Origin: Takakia lepidozioides
Lineage: Eukaryota > Plantae > Bryophyta
DNA length: 64,000 nt
Assembly (NCBI GenBank): GCA_030704615.1
Contig: CM060733.1
Coordinates: 72,168,001-72,232,000 of the forward strand
Reading direction: 5' to 3'
The notes beneath the pieces were generated by a model that had not been told where the DNA came from, did not search any database, and saw only the letters and a list, made by a program, of their open reading frames with translations. Positions within the stretch are counted from its first letter, which is position 1. The number at the start of each line of letters is the position of its first letter. The position numbers and the translations under genes are program-made. Of the stretch, positions 13,452-27,004 are shown piece after piece.

Positions 13452-15400
13452 GTATGCTTTCCGTTTTTCCTTATTCACTTTCGCTATGTGATCACATTGG
13501 CGATACGTCTCTTGCGTGCAGCCTCTGTTGGATGTACCAAAAGAACGCTCGCTCTCTGTGAAACTGTTTTCTCTTAGTAGACGTTCGAATCTTGTCCGTG
13601 TACTTATCTTCTACTATGTAATGATATTACACTCATAGTTTTGACAGTGAGCCTCTCGGTTATGGTTTATCTCGAGGAGATGCTGAGATTTTAGACAGTG
13701 TCCTGGTTACATTTGTGGCGCATGCAATATCCAGGGTTCGATCCAGGTTTGCTGGACACAGCAGATGTGTGTACTGTTCAGTACCTTGGCGTAACTTGCT
13801 TGCGAAAAGGTCGGTAACTTATATAAAGCATTCTTGAATTCCACATCGCAGAATAATGTGAGGGGGTGTGTCCTGCACGTTTACTCACGAGGGGCAAATT
13901 GACCAGAGCACTTCTGATGACGAAAATTTGCAGAAAATCTATGTTATCATTTTGCCAAGCATTAAATAGGGTGAGCTACCATGATTAATGGTCTAGGTTG
14001 CCTGTGGGTGGGAGAAGTCGTAGCTCTACCGATAGCTAGAGCCTGCCCTGCTTCTTGGCCATTCTGGAGGTTAGCTCAGCAAGAAATTTCAAGGATAGTG
14101 ACTCAAGGCTACTGTTATTCCAACCACCTTTGTGGATTATGGAACACCTCACCTTGGACTGCAGGCACCTCCAGGGAGAGAGAGAAGACTCCGGCTACTG
14201 GGCACAGTCAAAGTGTGTACCGTAGGTAGTCTGATTCTCTCTTACTAAATTTCCTTTCCTTTCCTTTATGTAAGTCATGGAAAAGGAGCAGAATAGCTTT
14301 TTCTGTGTCAGAAGAATATTTTAACCGCCTCGTTATCATTGTTGACTGTGGTTGTTTACAGTGGTCACTAGCAAGGTTCCATGGTTTTGGAAAAATTCAG
14401 TACGGGTAGGGATTGGGCATGTATGGGGGACGATTCAACTTGCGTTGTCTTAGAAGGATAGTGAGTTGTAATGAAATATGCAGCTGCTAGGCAATCAGAA
14501 GGAGCAGCTTGGGGTGGTAGGTTGGAGTTTGAAACGTGGGATACTCTGCTTGACAGTGCAGGGTCCATATGAAGAAAGCAGACCGAATTTATGTTACAGC
14601 ACTGCACCATGGCCACGTCATCTGTAAGGCGGAGGACTAATGTAGCAGTGCTGATATGACTGTTCTGCATTGTGATATGATGTCAATGCCAGCCCTTACA
14701 TGAGGACACTCTTAGTCTAGTGCTGTGGGGAGTAGGAGAGGCAGGGTATTTGCTATGCACATGGACTGTTGTAATTGCAGCTACTTGCACTGAATGGGTG
14801 GATTTATGCAATTTTAGTTGTGGATGGTTGTTAGCTGAAGGAGCAATGAATGGACCGTGGGTGCAGATCAATCCCTGTGGACAGCACAGCAGTACTAATG
14901 AGGCACTGTGGACTCACAGCTCCAAGAAGCCCACATGCGTAAAAATTCAATTGGTAAAGCTGGAAGCAGCTAGGGGACACTCCCAGTAAGTCCTCCTCTT
15001 ATAAAGATGCAGTCTCATGGAGTTTTGATTTTTCTATCTTGGTTGCATGAGGTGTTTGCTTGGTACGGTCATTTTGAAGTTCACAAACAGAAACAGTGGG
15101 CCACCCATCACATATCTCAAGGAGCTGATTTCTTTCTTTTTTGAATGAGGGATAGTGACTTCTCTTCCCTTAGGAATGGAGCAGGAAGTTCTGTGCTGAT
15201 GGGTTACATAGGATGTTGTTCGACATGGAGATTTTTGGTCAGTGTGAAAGGAATCACTGTGGTCAGAAGTGGGTCCTGGGAGTTAATGCATTAAAGAACT
15301 GTAATTTTATCTTAGCTGGTGTCGTAGTGGGTGTATGTGTTGCTAGTGAACGCCATACTGTGTTGTGGAATGGTAACCAATTACAAAACCCTGTCCTCAT

Positions 15401-18120
15401 GTGGGATCTGACTCATGCAGGATGGCAGGGTTGAATCAGGCATGTTTGTTCAAATCAGGCATCACCGCGGTGACCACTGCTTTTGAAAGTCTAGGAGAGG
15501 GAGTTAATAGGAACTATTCTGGCACTAGTGGGAATGTGAGAACACTATGTAAGTTAGGACGACTGAAAGAGGCGCTGCACATCTTGAATCAAGGAGGCGT
15601 TTGTGCGGACCTCGATACATATGTCTGTCTCTTGCAGGAGTGCATCAAGAGGAAATGCCTAGCAGAGGGAAAGCAGGTGCACTCCCACATTATCCTAAGT
15701 GGATTCAAGCCAAATATCCTTCTCCTCAATACCCTCGTCAACATGTATGCCAAGTGTGGCAGTGTGAGCAATGCACACCAAGTGTTTGACAAGATGCCTG
15801 AACGAGATATATTTACATGGAATACAATGATGGCAGGCTATGCCAAACATGGCTGTGGTAGGGAGGCGTTGGAGATCTATGAGCAAATGCAGCTGAAAGC
15901 GGTGACGCCCGACACTGTCACATTCACTTGTGTTCTCAATGCCTGTGCGAGCCTGGGATCCCTGGAAAGAGGTAAAATGATACATGCTGATATAATCAGA
16001 GCTGGACTTCCATCACATGTTATTCTGGATACAGCCCTTGTTGCTATGTATGCCAAATGCAGTGGCATAAAAGATGCGAGGCAAGTATTTGATAACATGA
16101 GTCAGCGAAATGTAGTCTCATGGAACGCAATGATCACAGGATATGCTCAGAATGGGTGTGACAAGGAGGCTTTGGAGGTCTATGACCAGATGGCACGAGA
16201 AGGGGTGACTGCCAACAGGGTCACATTTATTTCTGTTCTCAATGCGTGTGCCAGCCCAGCATACCAGGAGCGGGGCAGAGGGGTCCACAATGACGTTGAC
16301 AAAGCTGGAATTGTGCTAGATATAATTCTAGGGACTGCTATTGTGAACATGTACGCTAAATGCGGGATTTTAAAGGAGGCGCGTCGGGTGTTCAACAATA
16401 TGGCTCAACATAATGTGGTCTCATGGAGTGCATTAATTGCAGGATATGCCCAGCATGGATGTTGTAAGGAGGGTCTAGAGATGTATGACCAAATGACAGG
16501 GGAAGGGGTGACACCCAATGCGGTAACTTTTATTAGCGTTCTCAAGGCGTGTGCAGGCCTGGCAGCCCTGGAAAAGGGCATAGAGGTCCACACGGCCATC
16601 ATCAAAGCTGGGAGTTTGCCAAATATCGTTGTTTGACCTTAATCGACATGTATGTCAAATGTGGGAGCATTGAAGCTGCGTGTAAAGTGTTCAACAATAT
16701 TGCTAAACGGAATGTGGTGTCATGGAGTGCCATGATAGCAGGATATGCTCAGCATGGGTACAGTATGGAGACTTTGGAGATGTATAAGCAATTGATACGG
16801 GAAGGGATTACACCCGACAAGGTCACGTTCATTTGTGTTCTCAATGCCTGTGCCGGCCTTGCAGCTCTGGAAAAGGGCAAAGAGATCCATGCCGACATCA
16901 TCAAAGCTGGGCTTGTGCCAGATGTCATTCTTGAGACTACCCTTGTCCACATGTATCCCAAATGTGGGAGCGTGAAGGATGCCCGCGAAGTGTTTGACAA
17001 CATGGCTGAGCGAGATGTGGTCGCATGGAATGCGATGATTGCAGGATATGCTCACCATGGGTGTGGTGTGGAGGCCTTCAATATCTACAAGCAAATGATA
17101 CAGGAAAGGATGATGCCGGACAAAGTTACATTCATTTCCATTCTCAATGCGTGTGCCAACCTTGCAGCACTGGAAAAGGGCAAAGATGTCCATGCTGCTA
17201 TCATCAAATCTCAAATCATGCTGGATATCACTCTTGAGAATACCATTATGGACATGTATGCCAAATGCGGTAGTGTAGAGGATGCGCATCTAGTGTTTGA
17301 GTATGGCTGAAAGAGATGTGGTATCATGGAATGCAATAATTGCAGGATATGCTCAGCATGGGTGTGGTAGAGAGGCCCTGCAACTATTTGAATACATGCA
17401 ACAGGAAGGATTGACGCCAAACAGTGTCACCTTTACATGTGTTCTCTCTGCATGTGGTCATGCAGGCCTAGTGGATGAAGGCAATCACTACTTTGATTCC
17501 ATGAGTCAAGACAATTTCCTCGCTCCTACAGTAGAGCATTTTGGCTGCATGGTGGACCTCTTTGGCCGTGCAGGGCGAGTGGATGAAGCTGAGGAGCTCA
17601 TTAACAAAATGCCATTCGAACCAGCTCTTGCAGTATGGGGGGCCTTGCTTGCTGCTTGCAGAATTCATGGCAATGTGAAAGTGGCAGAGCGTGCAGCAAA
17701 ACACATTCTCAGGTGGGATCCACATGATGCTGCAACTTATGTGCTACTATCGAACATCTATGCTGTGGCTGGCAGGCGGGATCTTACTGTAAAAGTGAGG
17801 AAAATGATGGACATAGGGGTCGGAATGGAGCCTGGTCGCAGCTGTATTGAGGTGAACTACAACGGACATACATTTTTTGCAGATGACAAATCGCATCCAC
17901 TAATCGAGCAAATCCATGCTGAGCTGTAAAGATTGTCTATGCAGATGAAGGAGGCAGTTGCCTGATATGCGCTTTGTATTGCATGATTCTCTTGGTCACC
18001 CACCGTGAGAAGCTAGTCGTTGCTTTGGGGCTGGTCAGCACACCCACTGAGACACCAATCCGCATCATCGAAAACCTTTGGTGTGTGGTGACTGCCACCT
18101 GGCCACTAACTTCATCTCCA
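15401..18120 (+). pseudogene. PLS-class PPR gene with E/E+ and a degenerate DYW domain (frameshifts at ~16635 and ~17295)
   Basis: ORFs 15401-16636, 16549-17310 and 17297-17929 form one PLS array ending in HFGCMVDLFGRAG, MEPGRSCIEV...DDKSHP. The DYW remnant HREKLVVALGLVSTPTETPIRIIENL is disrupted. Confidence 0.9.
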
Positions 18121-18425
18121 CCCAGCCCACCCAAACATACTAGTGGAAGTTAAAATACAAGGACCAGGAAAGATATGCTAGTGCATCTTCAAACAAGACC
18201 CTAGAATTGCACATATTAACAGCCTTAGTTGCAAACATGAGTTGATGTAGCTCAAATTGGATCACTGGGACATATCAAAATAAGATGCATGTTACATATA
18301 TTCAAAACATGGATATTTCACTCCTGTATCTTCTGTTCTGTTCTCACTCCCACTTCGATTCGCAACAGTTACAAATGTTCTTCACTGATGAATTCATGAG
18401 ATCTGCAACTTGCCTATGTATCAGC

Positions 18426-18938
18426 TCAAATTTTGAGCAGATATGTGACTGTCATGTGTTCTACTTGGCACTGGAAGAGGAGCCGGGACCCTCCTTGTAC
18501 TCTGTGGGGTGACTGTCCTCGTCTGAGTCTACTTTTGTCCATGCTCTTACGCAGACTCTTTCTTGAGTCTACGAAGATGACGTCTTGTCTTGTTAGGATG
18601 TCACATTCTTCCCTCACCAACTTGAAGAGTAACTGCTCGTCCTCTCTTGAAAATCCCACACCAGTTTTTCTAGACAAGAGTATGAAATCTTTCACAAAAC
18701 GGAAAACCCATCTGTCGACAAGCTCTGGACAATCATCTCCTACACAAGCCTTGTTGTTAATATTGAGTGCAAGATTTGCAGTGGAGTAGCATCTTTCCAG
18801 GTAGATATCAAATTTTTCGTCATCCTCTTTGTTCACCAGATCGTTTAATAATTCTTGGATCCTGCGATGCCGGTAGTCTTGGCGATCACGATTGGGGGTT
18901 TTTCGATAGTGTTTCAAGCTGCGATGGCCTTGGAGCAT
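18426..18938 (-). CDS. Hypothetical 170-aa ORF, probably transposon-derived (next to a Ulp1-like fragment)
   Basis: Protein-like composition; no family recognised. Confidence 0.25.
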   Translation of the reverse strand: MLQGHRSLKHYRKTPNRDRQDYRHRRIQELLNDLVNKEDDEKFDIYLERCYSTANLALNINNKACVGDDCPELVDRWVFRFVKDFILLSRKTGVGFSREDEQLLFKLVREECDILTRQDVIFVDSRKSLRKSMDKSRLRRGQSPHRVQGGSRLLFQCQVEHMTVTYLLKI

Positions 18939-19294
18939 TATCGCACAGTGAAAAGTCTAGTTGAACTTCTTGTTCATCAAAATCTGGAGTCCGCTCAATC
19001 TTTCTCACGAGAAGCCCTGCTGGCCTGGGATTATAAAGCTTCTCATGAAAGGGATGCATTTTTTGAAACATTTTCTGGTTAGTCTGGCTGGAGAAAACGT
19101 ATCGATTGTAACTAACTTACGACACTGTGCAAAACGAAATTCGAATTCGCAAAAGAAAAAGTTCACGATTGAATGAGGTTATGCTCCATAATCCAGCTTG
19201 AGCTACTACAACTTGTTGTCACTGCAAGATTCAGAGCATTTCAGCTGAATCTGAGCAAGGAGTTGAGATTACTTCAATTTGGCGCTGATCATCC

Positions 19295-19585
19295 TATATG
19301 TATGTCTGTTCGGTGTTTGATTCCAGCATGCCCGCGGATAAGAAGCTACCGAGCGAAATAGAACAACATCTCGTGAAATTAGTCCACAATTAATCCGACA
19401 ATTTCTATGCCAATGTCATGCAACAGAATGACGGTTCATCCTGTGGCGTATTTGCGATAGCTTATGCCACAGATATAGCATTCGGATTAAATCATGCACA
19501 TTCCCGATACGCAACATCCGCCATGAGAACCCACTTGAGAGATTGCATAAACAATCGAAGAATTGAGCCATTTCCAAAACAACAT
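19295..19585 (+). pseudogene. Ulp1/SENP-like cysteine protease fragment (transposon-associated)
   Basis: Highly similar to 39270-39545 (gtgtttgattccagcatgcccgcggataagaagctac...tcatcctgtggcgtatttgcgata), encoding VFDS and Q.NDGSSCGVFAI. Confidence 0.7.
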
Positions 19586-20055
19586 TAAATTTAAAATGGT
19601 GTAGTGTGCGTGGTACTGGTTTGCTATTGTGTGGGATCCGGCCCGATGTTGGGAGTGCCATAGGTGTGTACGTTGGTATTTGTTGTTTCCTTCGAGGCTC
19701 AGTGTCGGGATGCTATGGAGGGCTTGGGTTTCTCGATTTTTCTGGATGTTTTTTTTCCTTTCCTCATTTCGGGAGGGCGATCAGTGCAGCTACATGGGGT
19801 GGTTATTTGATGTGATGTCTGATGCTTGGGGAGGGACGGAGGGAGGGAGGGGGAGGGGGGTGTCTCTGCATACCATACCGGGCAGAAAAGGGGGTTCAAA
19901 TCCCCCTCACTTCTTGGGCATAGATAGGGGTACCCCTATGTTATACTTTTGCATTGTTCCTCATGTTTTCTACATAGTATATATTTCCAATTATCAAAAG
20001 AATCACTGTATGCGTGGGGATGACCGGCCCCTTTTTGTGCCAATTGAACGTAGTA

Positions 20056-20213
20056 CTCAGAATTCGTCGCTAGTAGTGCGGAGCAACGCGAAGCCCTAGT
20101 TCTATCGACGACCAAAGGTCGGAAGCTAGTTTAGCGTAGAGCAGGAATAGGGTGCCACATTTTCGTCGCCAAATTCTATCGAGCCGCCCGAGAAACGCGA
20201 ATAGAACTCGTCA
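20056..20213 (+). repeat. ~200-bp dispersed repeat, copy b
   Basis: Same sequence as 12863-13062 with small deletions. Confidence 0.85.
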
Positions 20214-21004
20214 CGCCAGTTTTTCGAAACTGCCCAACCTGCCCGTGTCTTAATCTTGTTGAACCGCAGGAGGGGTTTCACAGGCCGATCGCGATTCGCA
20301 GATAGAGGCGTTGGAGACGTTCACAGATTGTGAGTACACAACAGCAGCTCTTGCACATGGTGGGACAACCTCAATGCGCAAGGTGTCGCTTTTCTGAATG
20401 TGCGATGTGAAGAAGTTTGTCCATTCTATAAATGTGGGCTCTTAGTACCATGATTTGGTATGATGTATACAAGGTTCTTGGGAGATTCAGCTTGGTCTTA
20501 GCAGGCCTTTTTTCAATCTCTGCCTGCTCAGCTGCACCTTGGTGGTTCTCACAGACCAACCCGACATTACCCGTCTACAGACACAAGCAGGCACTGTTCA
20601 ACACATTTCACCCTGTTTTCCCATCTTATCAGAATCGGCCCTAAATTTTCATCTTGAATTCTGCAAGTTAGCTGGTTGAGTGAACCTTTGATAGTTTGGA
20701 GTGACTTTGACATGATACTGCCAGTGTGACAACAGGAAAGTATCCAGAAACAGGTATGTGAAAACTTTTAAAATTACAGTAGAGGACAAGTCAAGTCTGT
20801 TTTGCACAATGATTTAGGTTGGTCATTTTGGTTTCACCAGATTTCCAATTCTGCATTTTGATCAGCCTCTAGTGTGCAGGTTATCTATGCATTAGGCGTT
20901 TCTTGTGTCAGGTTGCTGACCCTGTTTGAGTGAAATGGGGAGAGGGAGTAAGAGAGACTTCGCATCTGACACAGATATCCTTGGACTGGGAATCAGTCTG
21001 GTTC

Positions 21005-21925
21005 CATGGCTCGTGACATGCGGAGAGCAGTAGCTTGTGTGGAGGGGATGGAGGCTGAAGGGGTTGCACCAAATGTGGCCACACTCTTGTGTCCTTATTT
21101 CTGGATTCGCCAAAGTTGGCAATTCTGAGTATGTGCTCACTCCCTCACCCTTCCACTGTAGCTGGTCATCCACAACAAGACATTAGATGCCTACTTTTTT
21201 TGCTTGATTATACACGCAACAACCTCTCAAATGCTGCCCTCAGCCTTTGCCTATAAAATGGACATGAAGGACCTCCACGCATCCATTCAATTGTTATGAC
21301 GGTCGATGCTTACAGCTCAAGCAAAAATTTATGTAGATCTTCGACTGATTGCACAGCTCCAACTTATGCCCAAACACATCTGCTGGGAATATGTGGATGA
21401 TGGCGGTTTTGGTGTGTTTGGGGATGTGGAAAGTGCTGCAGAACACTGGTTTCAGAGAGCAAAGAGTGAGGGCACACCCCCTAATTGTCATTTACAACAA
21501 CATTATCAATGCCCACTGGTATGCCATTCTCCATCTTTGTCATGTAATCCTAATGTTTTGCGCTTTTGTATGCAGGAGCAAGTGTGCATCTTGATGTCTT
21601 AGATTCTATCTTTCTTTCTCTTGTGTTGGTTATCTTTACCCGTACTGAGCATTTTTGTCTGGCTGAAAGTTGCTTTGTTGTCTTCTTTCATGGAAAACTT
21701 AGAATGGCAGTGTCAGGTTAGAATACGGGAGGCAGTATGATGATACAAGACGCTGGGATGTGGCAGCAAAGTGGGCAATATGAATAGGGCTGAAGCTTTG
21801 GTAGCAGAGAGGGAGGATGAAGGTCTTGAGACTACCCTGGGTCTCTTCAACATAATGATGGATGGGTATGCACATGCTCGTCAGGAATCTAAGTGCCTCA
21901 CCATTTTTCGCCAAATGCAGGCAAG
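21005..21925 (+). pseudogene. Intron-containing fragment of a P-class PPR gene resembling chloroplast PPR4
   Basis: Exon pieces ARDMRRAVACVEGMEAEGVAPN...LISGFAKVGNSE, AAEHWFQRAK...VIYNNIINAH and KVGNMNRAEALVAEREDEGLETTLGLFNIMMDGYAHARQESKCL follow the repeat order I recall for PPR4. Frameshifted, no start or end. Confidence 0.6.
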
Positions 21926-21989
21926 CCATAAACCACTTTCTGTTTCCTTGTGACTCACGATAGTTTCCTTCAGTAGCATCCATATGTTA

Positions 21990-22670
21990 CATACGTCAGA
22001 GACTTTCTCCAAGAAATGCAAATGGAGTTTTCGACAGTATGGCTGAACGAGATGTGGTTTCGTGGAGTGTGATGATTGCAGCATGATCTCTTTGCCCTTC
22101 TCTAGGTCTCCTAGACTGGCACATGCATTGAGCACAGAAGTGAAAGTGACCCTGTTGGGCATCACCCCCTACCGATGCATTAGCTCATAGATCTCGAAAG
22201 CCTCCCTAACACACCCATGCTGAGCATATTCTGCAATCATGGCGTTCCATGAAACCACATATTGTCCATTCCACCCCTTCGAGCAGCATTTGCTCATAGG
22301 TCTCCAAAGCATTCCTACCACACCCATGTGTGGTGAATCATGCCAACATTATATTCCACGTGATCAAAGATCGTTGAAGCATTCTGTTGAACACTTGGTG
22401 AGCATCCATGATGCTCCCGCACTTAAGATACATGTTGACAAGGGTGTCGAGTAGAAAAACTTTTGGCGCGAATCCACTTTGGATAATGTGAGTGTGCATC
22501 TGCTTTCCAGCTTCCAGACCTTCCATCTTGATGCACTTAAGCAAGACACAGACATATGTATCTGAATCTGCTGAAATGCCTCCTTGGTTTAAAGTCTGTA
22601 GAGGCTCTGTCAGACTGCCTGCCGCACAAAGCATCTTCACATGCCCAGAAGTGCCATTCTCTACGATCCT
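21990..22670 (-). pseudogene. PLS-PPR 5' fragment
   Basis: ORF 22338-22640 (DTYVCVLLKC...LVNMYLKCGSIMDAHQVFNRM) plus downstream pieces. Confidence 0.8.
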
Positions 22671-22934
22671 AACGACTTCAAGCCCAACAGGGAAACAAAC
22701 CCTACAAAAATGCCACGGGCTTCCATTACCTGACCCTTCACTTTCAGATTAATGTGACCTCCCCCCTCCAAAGGCTTCTTCTCCTCCTCGTTGTGAATTC
22801 CTCCTGCATGTTGGTGCTATCCCTCCACACCAGCCATGATTCCAGCAACCACACCTAGCGCACAAAGGCAGACACGCACAGAGACACGCAAACACAAACG
22901 AAGACAGCGAGCGAGAAAGAAGCAGCGAGTGACA

Positions 22935-23102
22935 AGTTCGGGCAGTTCGGGCAGACTCAACAGAATTTGACGACAAAACGTGGCGACGATGACGTGGCGA
23001 CAAAAACGTGACACTTTGGCACCCTATTCCTGCTCTACGCTAAACTACCTTCCGACCTTCGGTCGTCGCTAGAACTAGGGCTTCACGTTGCTCCGCACTA
23101 CT
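22935..23102 (-). repeat. ~200-bp dispersed repeat, copy c (inverted)
   Basis: tggcaccctattcctgctctacgctaaactaccttccgaccttcggtcgtcgctagaactagggcttc is the reverse complement of copy a. Confidence 0.85.
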
Positions 23103-24119
23103 TGTCGTGTTTCATTGTTTCGCAAGAAGAATGGAGGAGTGTTGCCAAAGCTACCATGTCACGTCTCCCTATTTCTTTGTTTGATGCAGCTACCTCTGTC
23201 TATGCCCAAGAAGTGTATTTTGCCGATCGTTTAACGTATGTTTCGTTTTGATCGGAAATCGGTTGTTTATATCTTTTTCCTCGGTCATCATTTGTCTCTC
23301 ATCATTTAATTTTATTGTCATGATCATCTTGATAAAAGATCATTGTCTTCATAACAAATGATCATGTTGATAAAAAATAATTGTCATGACACTGATAATT
23401 GTTTTCAATGTTTTAAACAGTTTGGTCAAAGAGTTTACCAAACTTCGGTTTTAATATAATAAGTATTTTCTGCAGAAATTTCAGTGATTTAAGCAATTTC
23501 TGGTCAAAAACCCCTGGCAAGATTAAGCAAGACTTGTTAAATGCATCCCAGCTCAGTTCCGATGTTGAGGGCGAGTTCATGTTTTATAATGATCTGCTCA
23601 AAACCTCCAAGTCCGCCATCCCACTCTTCCTTAAGATTTCTGGCATTCACCTTCCTTGCGTTCAGCTCTACCGTTAACATGCCACAGGCTGTACCTCAGA
23701 AACTGAGTAACTGGAGCTGTTTCTTATAAAGTCCTCCCATATTAGTAGAGTGTCTGCTTCCTGTCAGACATCCAAAAGCATTGGTGAGCTATAGTTGTAT
23801 CCTACAGCACATTACAGAAAAAACCAAGATTTAAATGAAGCTGTAAACAGCCAGGTTGAGCTCAGATGGCAGACAGATTTACAGCCATCGCTCAATGATG
23901 TTGGTGATGCTCAACTTGTCTATCTATAGTGGTTGTAACGTCTTGGATAAAAATTCTCCTGGTCCAAATTGTGTCTATTCTAAACCAGAAGTTTTCAAGA
24001 TTGAAAAAGTTTCATTCCAAAGCTTCTCCTCATCTCTGTTAGCTCTTTTTGGATATTTTCCTGCTGCCACATCGGCAGTAACTTGTCAGGGCCGAGTCTG
24101 ATGAGAGGGAAAAACAGGC

Positions 24120-25775
24120 TGAAATACGTGATGTTGTTGCGCTTCACCCCTTCCCCCATCATTTGCTCATAGGTCTCCAAGGCCTCCATCCCGCGCCCCG
24201 TTGTGCATATCCTGCAAGCATCGCGTTCCACAACACCAAATCTTGTTCAGCCATATCGTTGAACACTCCCTCCACATTTGGCATACATGTCCACAAGGGT
24301 ATTGTTCAGAATCACATCTGGTACATTTCCAGCTTTGACGATGCAACCATGCACCTCTTTGCCATTTTCCAGGGCTGCCAGCCTTGCACATGCACTGCAA
24401 ACGCACACAAACATTATGTGGTCGGGCTTCACCCCTTCCCCCATCATTTGCTCATAGATCTCCAAAGCCTCCATCCCGCGCCCCTGCTGTGCACATCCTG
24501 CAAGCATCCCGTTCCACGACACCACATCTTGTTCAGCCATAGTGTTGAACACTCCCTCCGCATCCTCAACGCTCCCACATTTGGCATAAATGTCCACGAG
24601 GGTATTGTTCATAATCACATCTGGTACAATTCCAGCTTTGGTGATGCAAGCATGCACCTCTTTGACCTTTTCTAGGGCTGCCAGGCTTGCACACGCACTG
24701 CAAACACACACAACATGATGTGGTCGAGCTTCACCCCTTCCCCCATTATAAGGTCTCCAAAGCCCCATCCCGCGCCCCTGTCGTGCACACCCTACAAGCA
24801 TTGCATTCCACAACACCACATCTGGTTCAGCCATAGTGTTGAACACTCCTTTGGCATCCTCAATGCTCCCACATTTGGCATACATGTCCACCAGGGTATT
24901 GTTCAGGATGACATCTGGTACAATTGCAGCTCTGACAATGTCACCATGGATCTCTTCGCCCTTTTCCAGGGCTGCCAAGCTTGCACACGCATCGCAAATG
25001 CACACAAACGTGATGTGGTCGGGCTTCACCCCTTCCCCCATCATTTGCTCATAGGTCTCCAAAGCCTCCATCCCGCACCCCTGCTGTGCATACCCTGCAA
25101 GCATTGCATTCCACGACACCACATCTCGTTCAGCCATACTGTCGAACACTCCCTTCATACATGTCCACGAGGGTATTGTTCAGAATGACACTTGGTACAA
25201 TGTAGCTCTGACAATGTCGCCATGGACCTCTTCGTCTTTTTCTGGAGCTGCCAGGTTTGCACACACATCGCAAATGCACACAAACGTGATGTGGTCGGGC
25301 TTCACCCCTTCCCCCATCATTTGATCATAGGTCTCAAAAGCCTTCATACCACATCCTTGCTGTGCACACCTTGCAAGCATCGTGTTCCATGACACCACAT
25401 CTCGTTCAGACATAGTGCTGAAAACTCCCTTCGCATCCTTAATGCACCCACATTTGGCATACATGTCCACCAGGGCAGTGTTCAGAATGACATCTGGTCC
25501 AATTCCAGCTTTGACAATATCACCATGGACCTCTTTCCCCTTTTCCAGAGCTCTCAGGCTTGCAAATGCATTGCAAACACAAACAAATGTGATGTGGTTG
25601 GGCTTCACCCCTTCGCGCAGCATTTGCTCATAGGTCTCCAAAGCATTCCTACCACACCCATGCTTAGTAAATCCTGCCAACATTATCACGTGATCAAAGA
25701 TCGTCGAGGCGTTTTGTTGACACTTGGTGAGCATCCATGATGCTCCCGCACTTAACATACATGATGACAAGGGTG
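24120..25775 (-). pseudogene. PLS-PPR pseudogene (repeat array only)
   Basis: ORFs 25180-25770, 24247-25158 and 23995-24231 carry PLS triplets with frameshifts; paralogous to 27000-29400. Confidence 0.85.
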
Positions 25776-25799
25776 CCTTTCAACAATACACAGATGCAG

Positions 25800-26040
25800 A
25801 TAGGAAAATGAGCTTGTAATTGCCCGATGTGTAGGCGCCTGAGGACAATATTCATTTTCTGTTACACTGTCCAGGATATTCTCACCAGAGAGTGACTCTT
25901 TTCAGGAACATCAAGAACATTGTCCCTGCACCTCTGTTCACCAACTTTGAAATTTTTCAGGCTGAGCCTAAAGCCGTGGCTGTGTTGGGGTCTAATTGCC
26001 GGGCAGCTGGTCACCAACATCAGGTTGATGCAGTGTGAAG
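25800..26040 (+). mobile_element. 3' fragment of a non-LTR retrotransposon (RTE/RTEX-like C-terminal Cys/His region)
   Basis: Translation ...EDNIHFLLHCPGYSHQR matches the ED..HFLL.CP.Y...R motif. Confidence 0.45.
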
Positions 26041-27004
26041 GGCTCTCTAGAGCTAATTGTATATACCATGGTGAACCTCACTACCAGAGTGAGCCCCTCA
26101 CAAAGGAACTGTCTGTTCCCTTTAGTTCTGCCTAAAGTCGGTGTGGGGTCTATGGCCACAAGTCTACAGCAAACAACATCTTACGAGTAAATTTTCTATA
26201 TATGGTTAAGAGGGTAATGCACTAGCTTGCCAAACAGCTGGGTGTTTTGAGTGTCCACACCTTTGAGCCTGCATGACTGGGATACTCTTATTCATTTGTT
26301 ATGATAGTGGGCAGTGTTGGTTGGCCATTCACCAAAAGATGGGAGTTGGTCATGGTTGAGGTGCCTGATTTTATCAGTTGTGCCGTTGCAGCTGCGGCCT
26401 TTAGTTGACCATCTACCCATGGAGGTTTCTGGTAGCTATTGATCCACTAGTTCCTATGCTCAATTGCATCTGCTACTCTCTGTAATCCAACAGGCATTCA
26501 CCTTTTTGCCTCGGTTGTCCCACCATTGATTGGGGTCAGAAAACTAAAAATTCAACAATTCTCCTCGTCTGTGTTACCTGTTTCTGGATACTTTCCTGTC
26601 GTTGCATTGGCAGTATCATGTCAAAGTCAATCCTAACTATCAAAGATTCACTCAACCAGCCAACTTGCAAAATTCAACATGAAAATTTAGTGCCGATTAT
26701 AATAAGAGGGAAAAATAGGGTGAAATGTGTTGAAGAAGATGCCTTCATTAGCAGTGCCCGATTTTATGAATTGTGCTGCTGCTGCTACCCCACGAGCTAA
26801 CTTGCAGAATTCATTATGCAGCTCAGAGAAGGTGCCCTCACCACATTGTCCTTGACCTTGTGTCATGACCCAAGAGACCATCAACCCAAATTGACCTCTT
26901 GTGTGTGCTGCTTGTGTCTGTAGTCAGGTAATGTGGGATTGGGTCTGTGACACGGTGCAGCTAAGCAGGCAGACATTGAAACACCCTGCTAAGACCAAGC
27001 TGAC

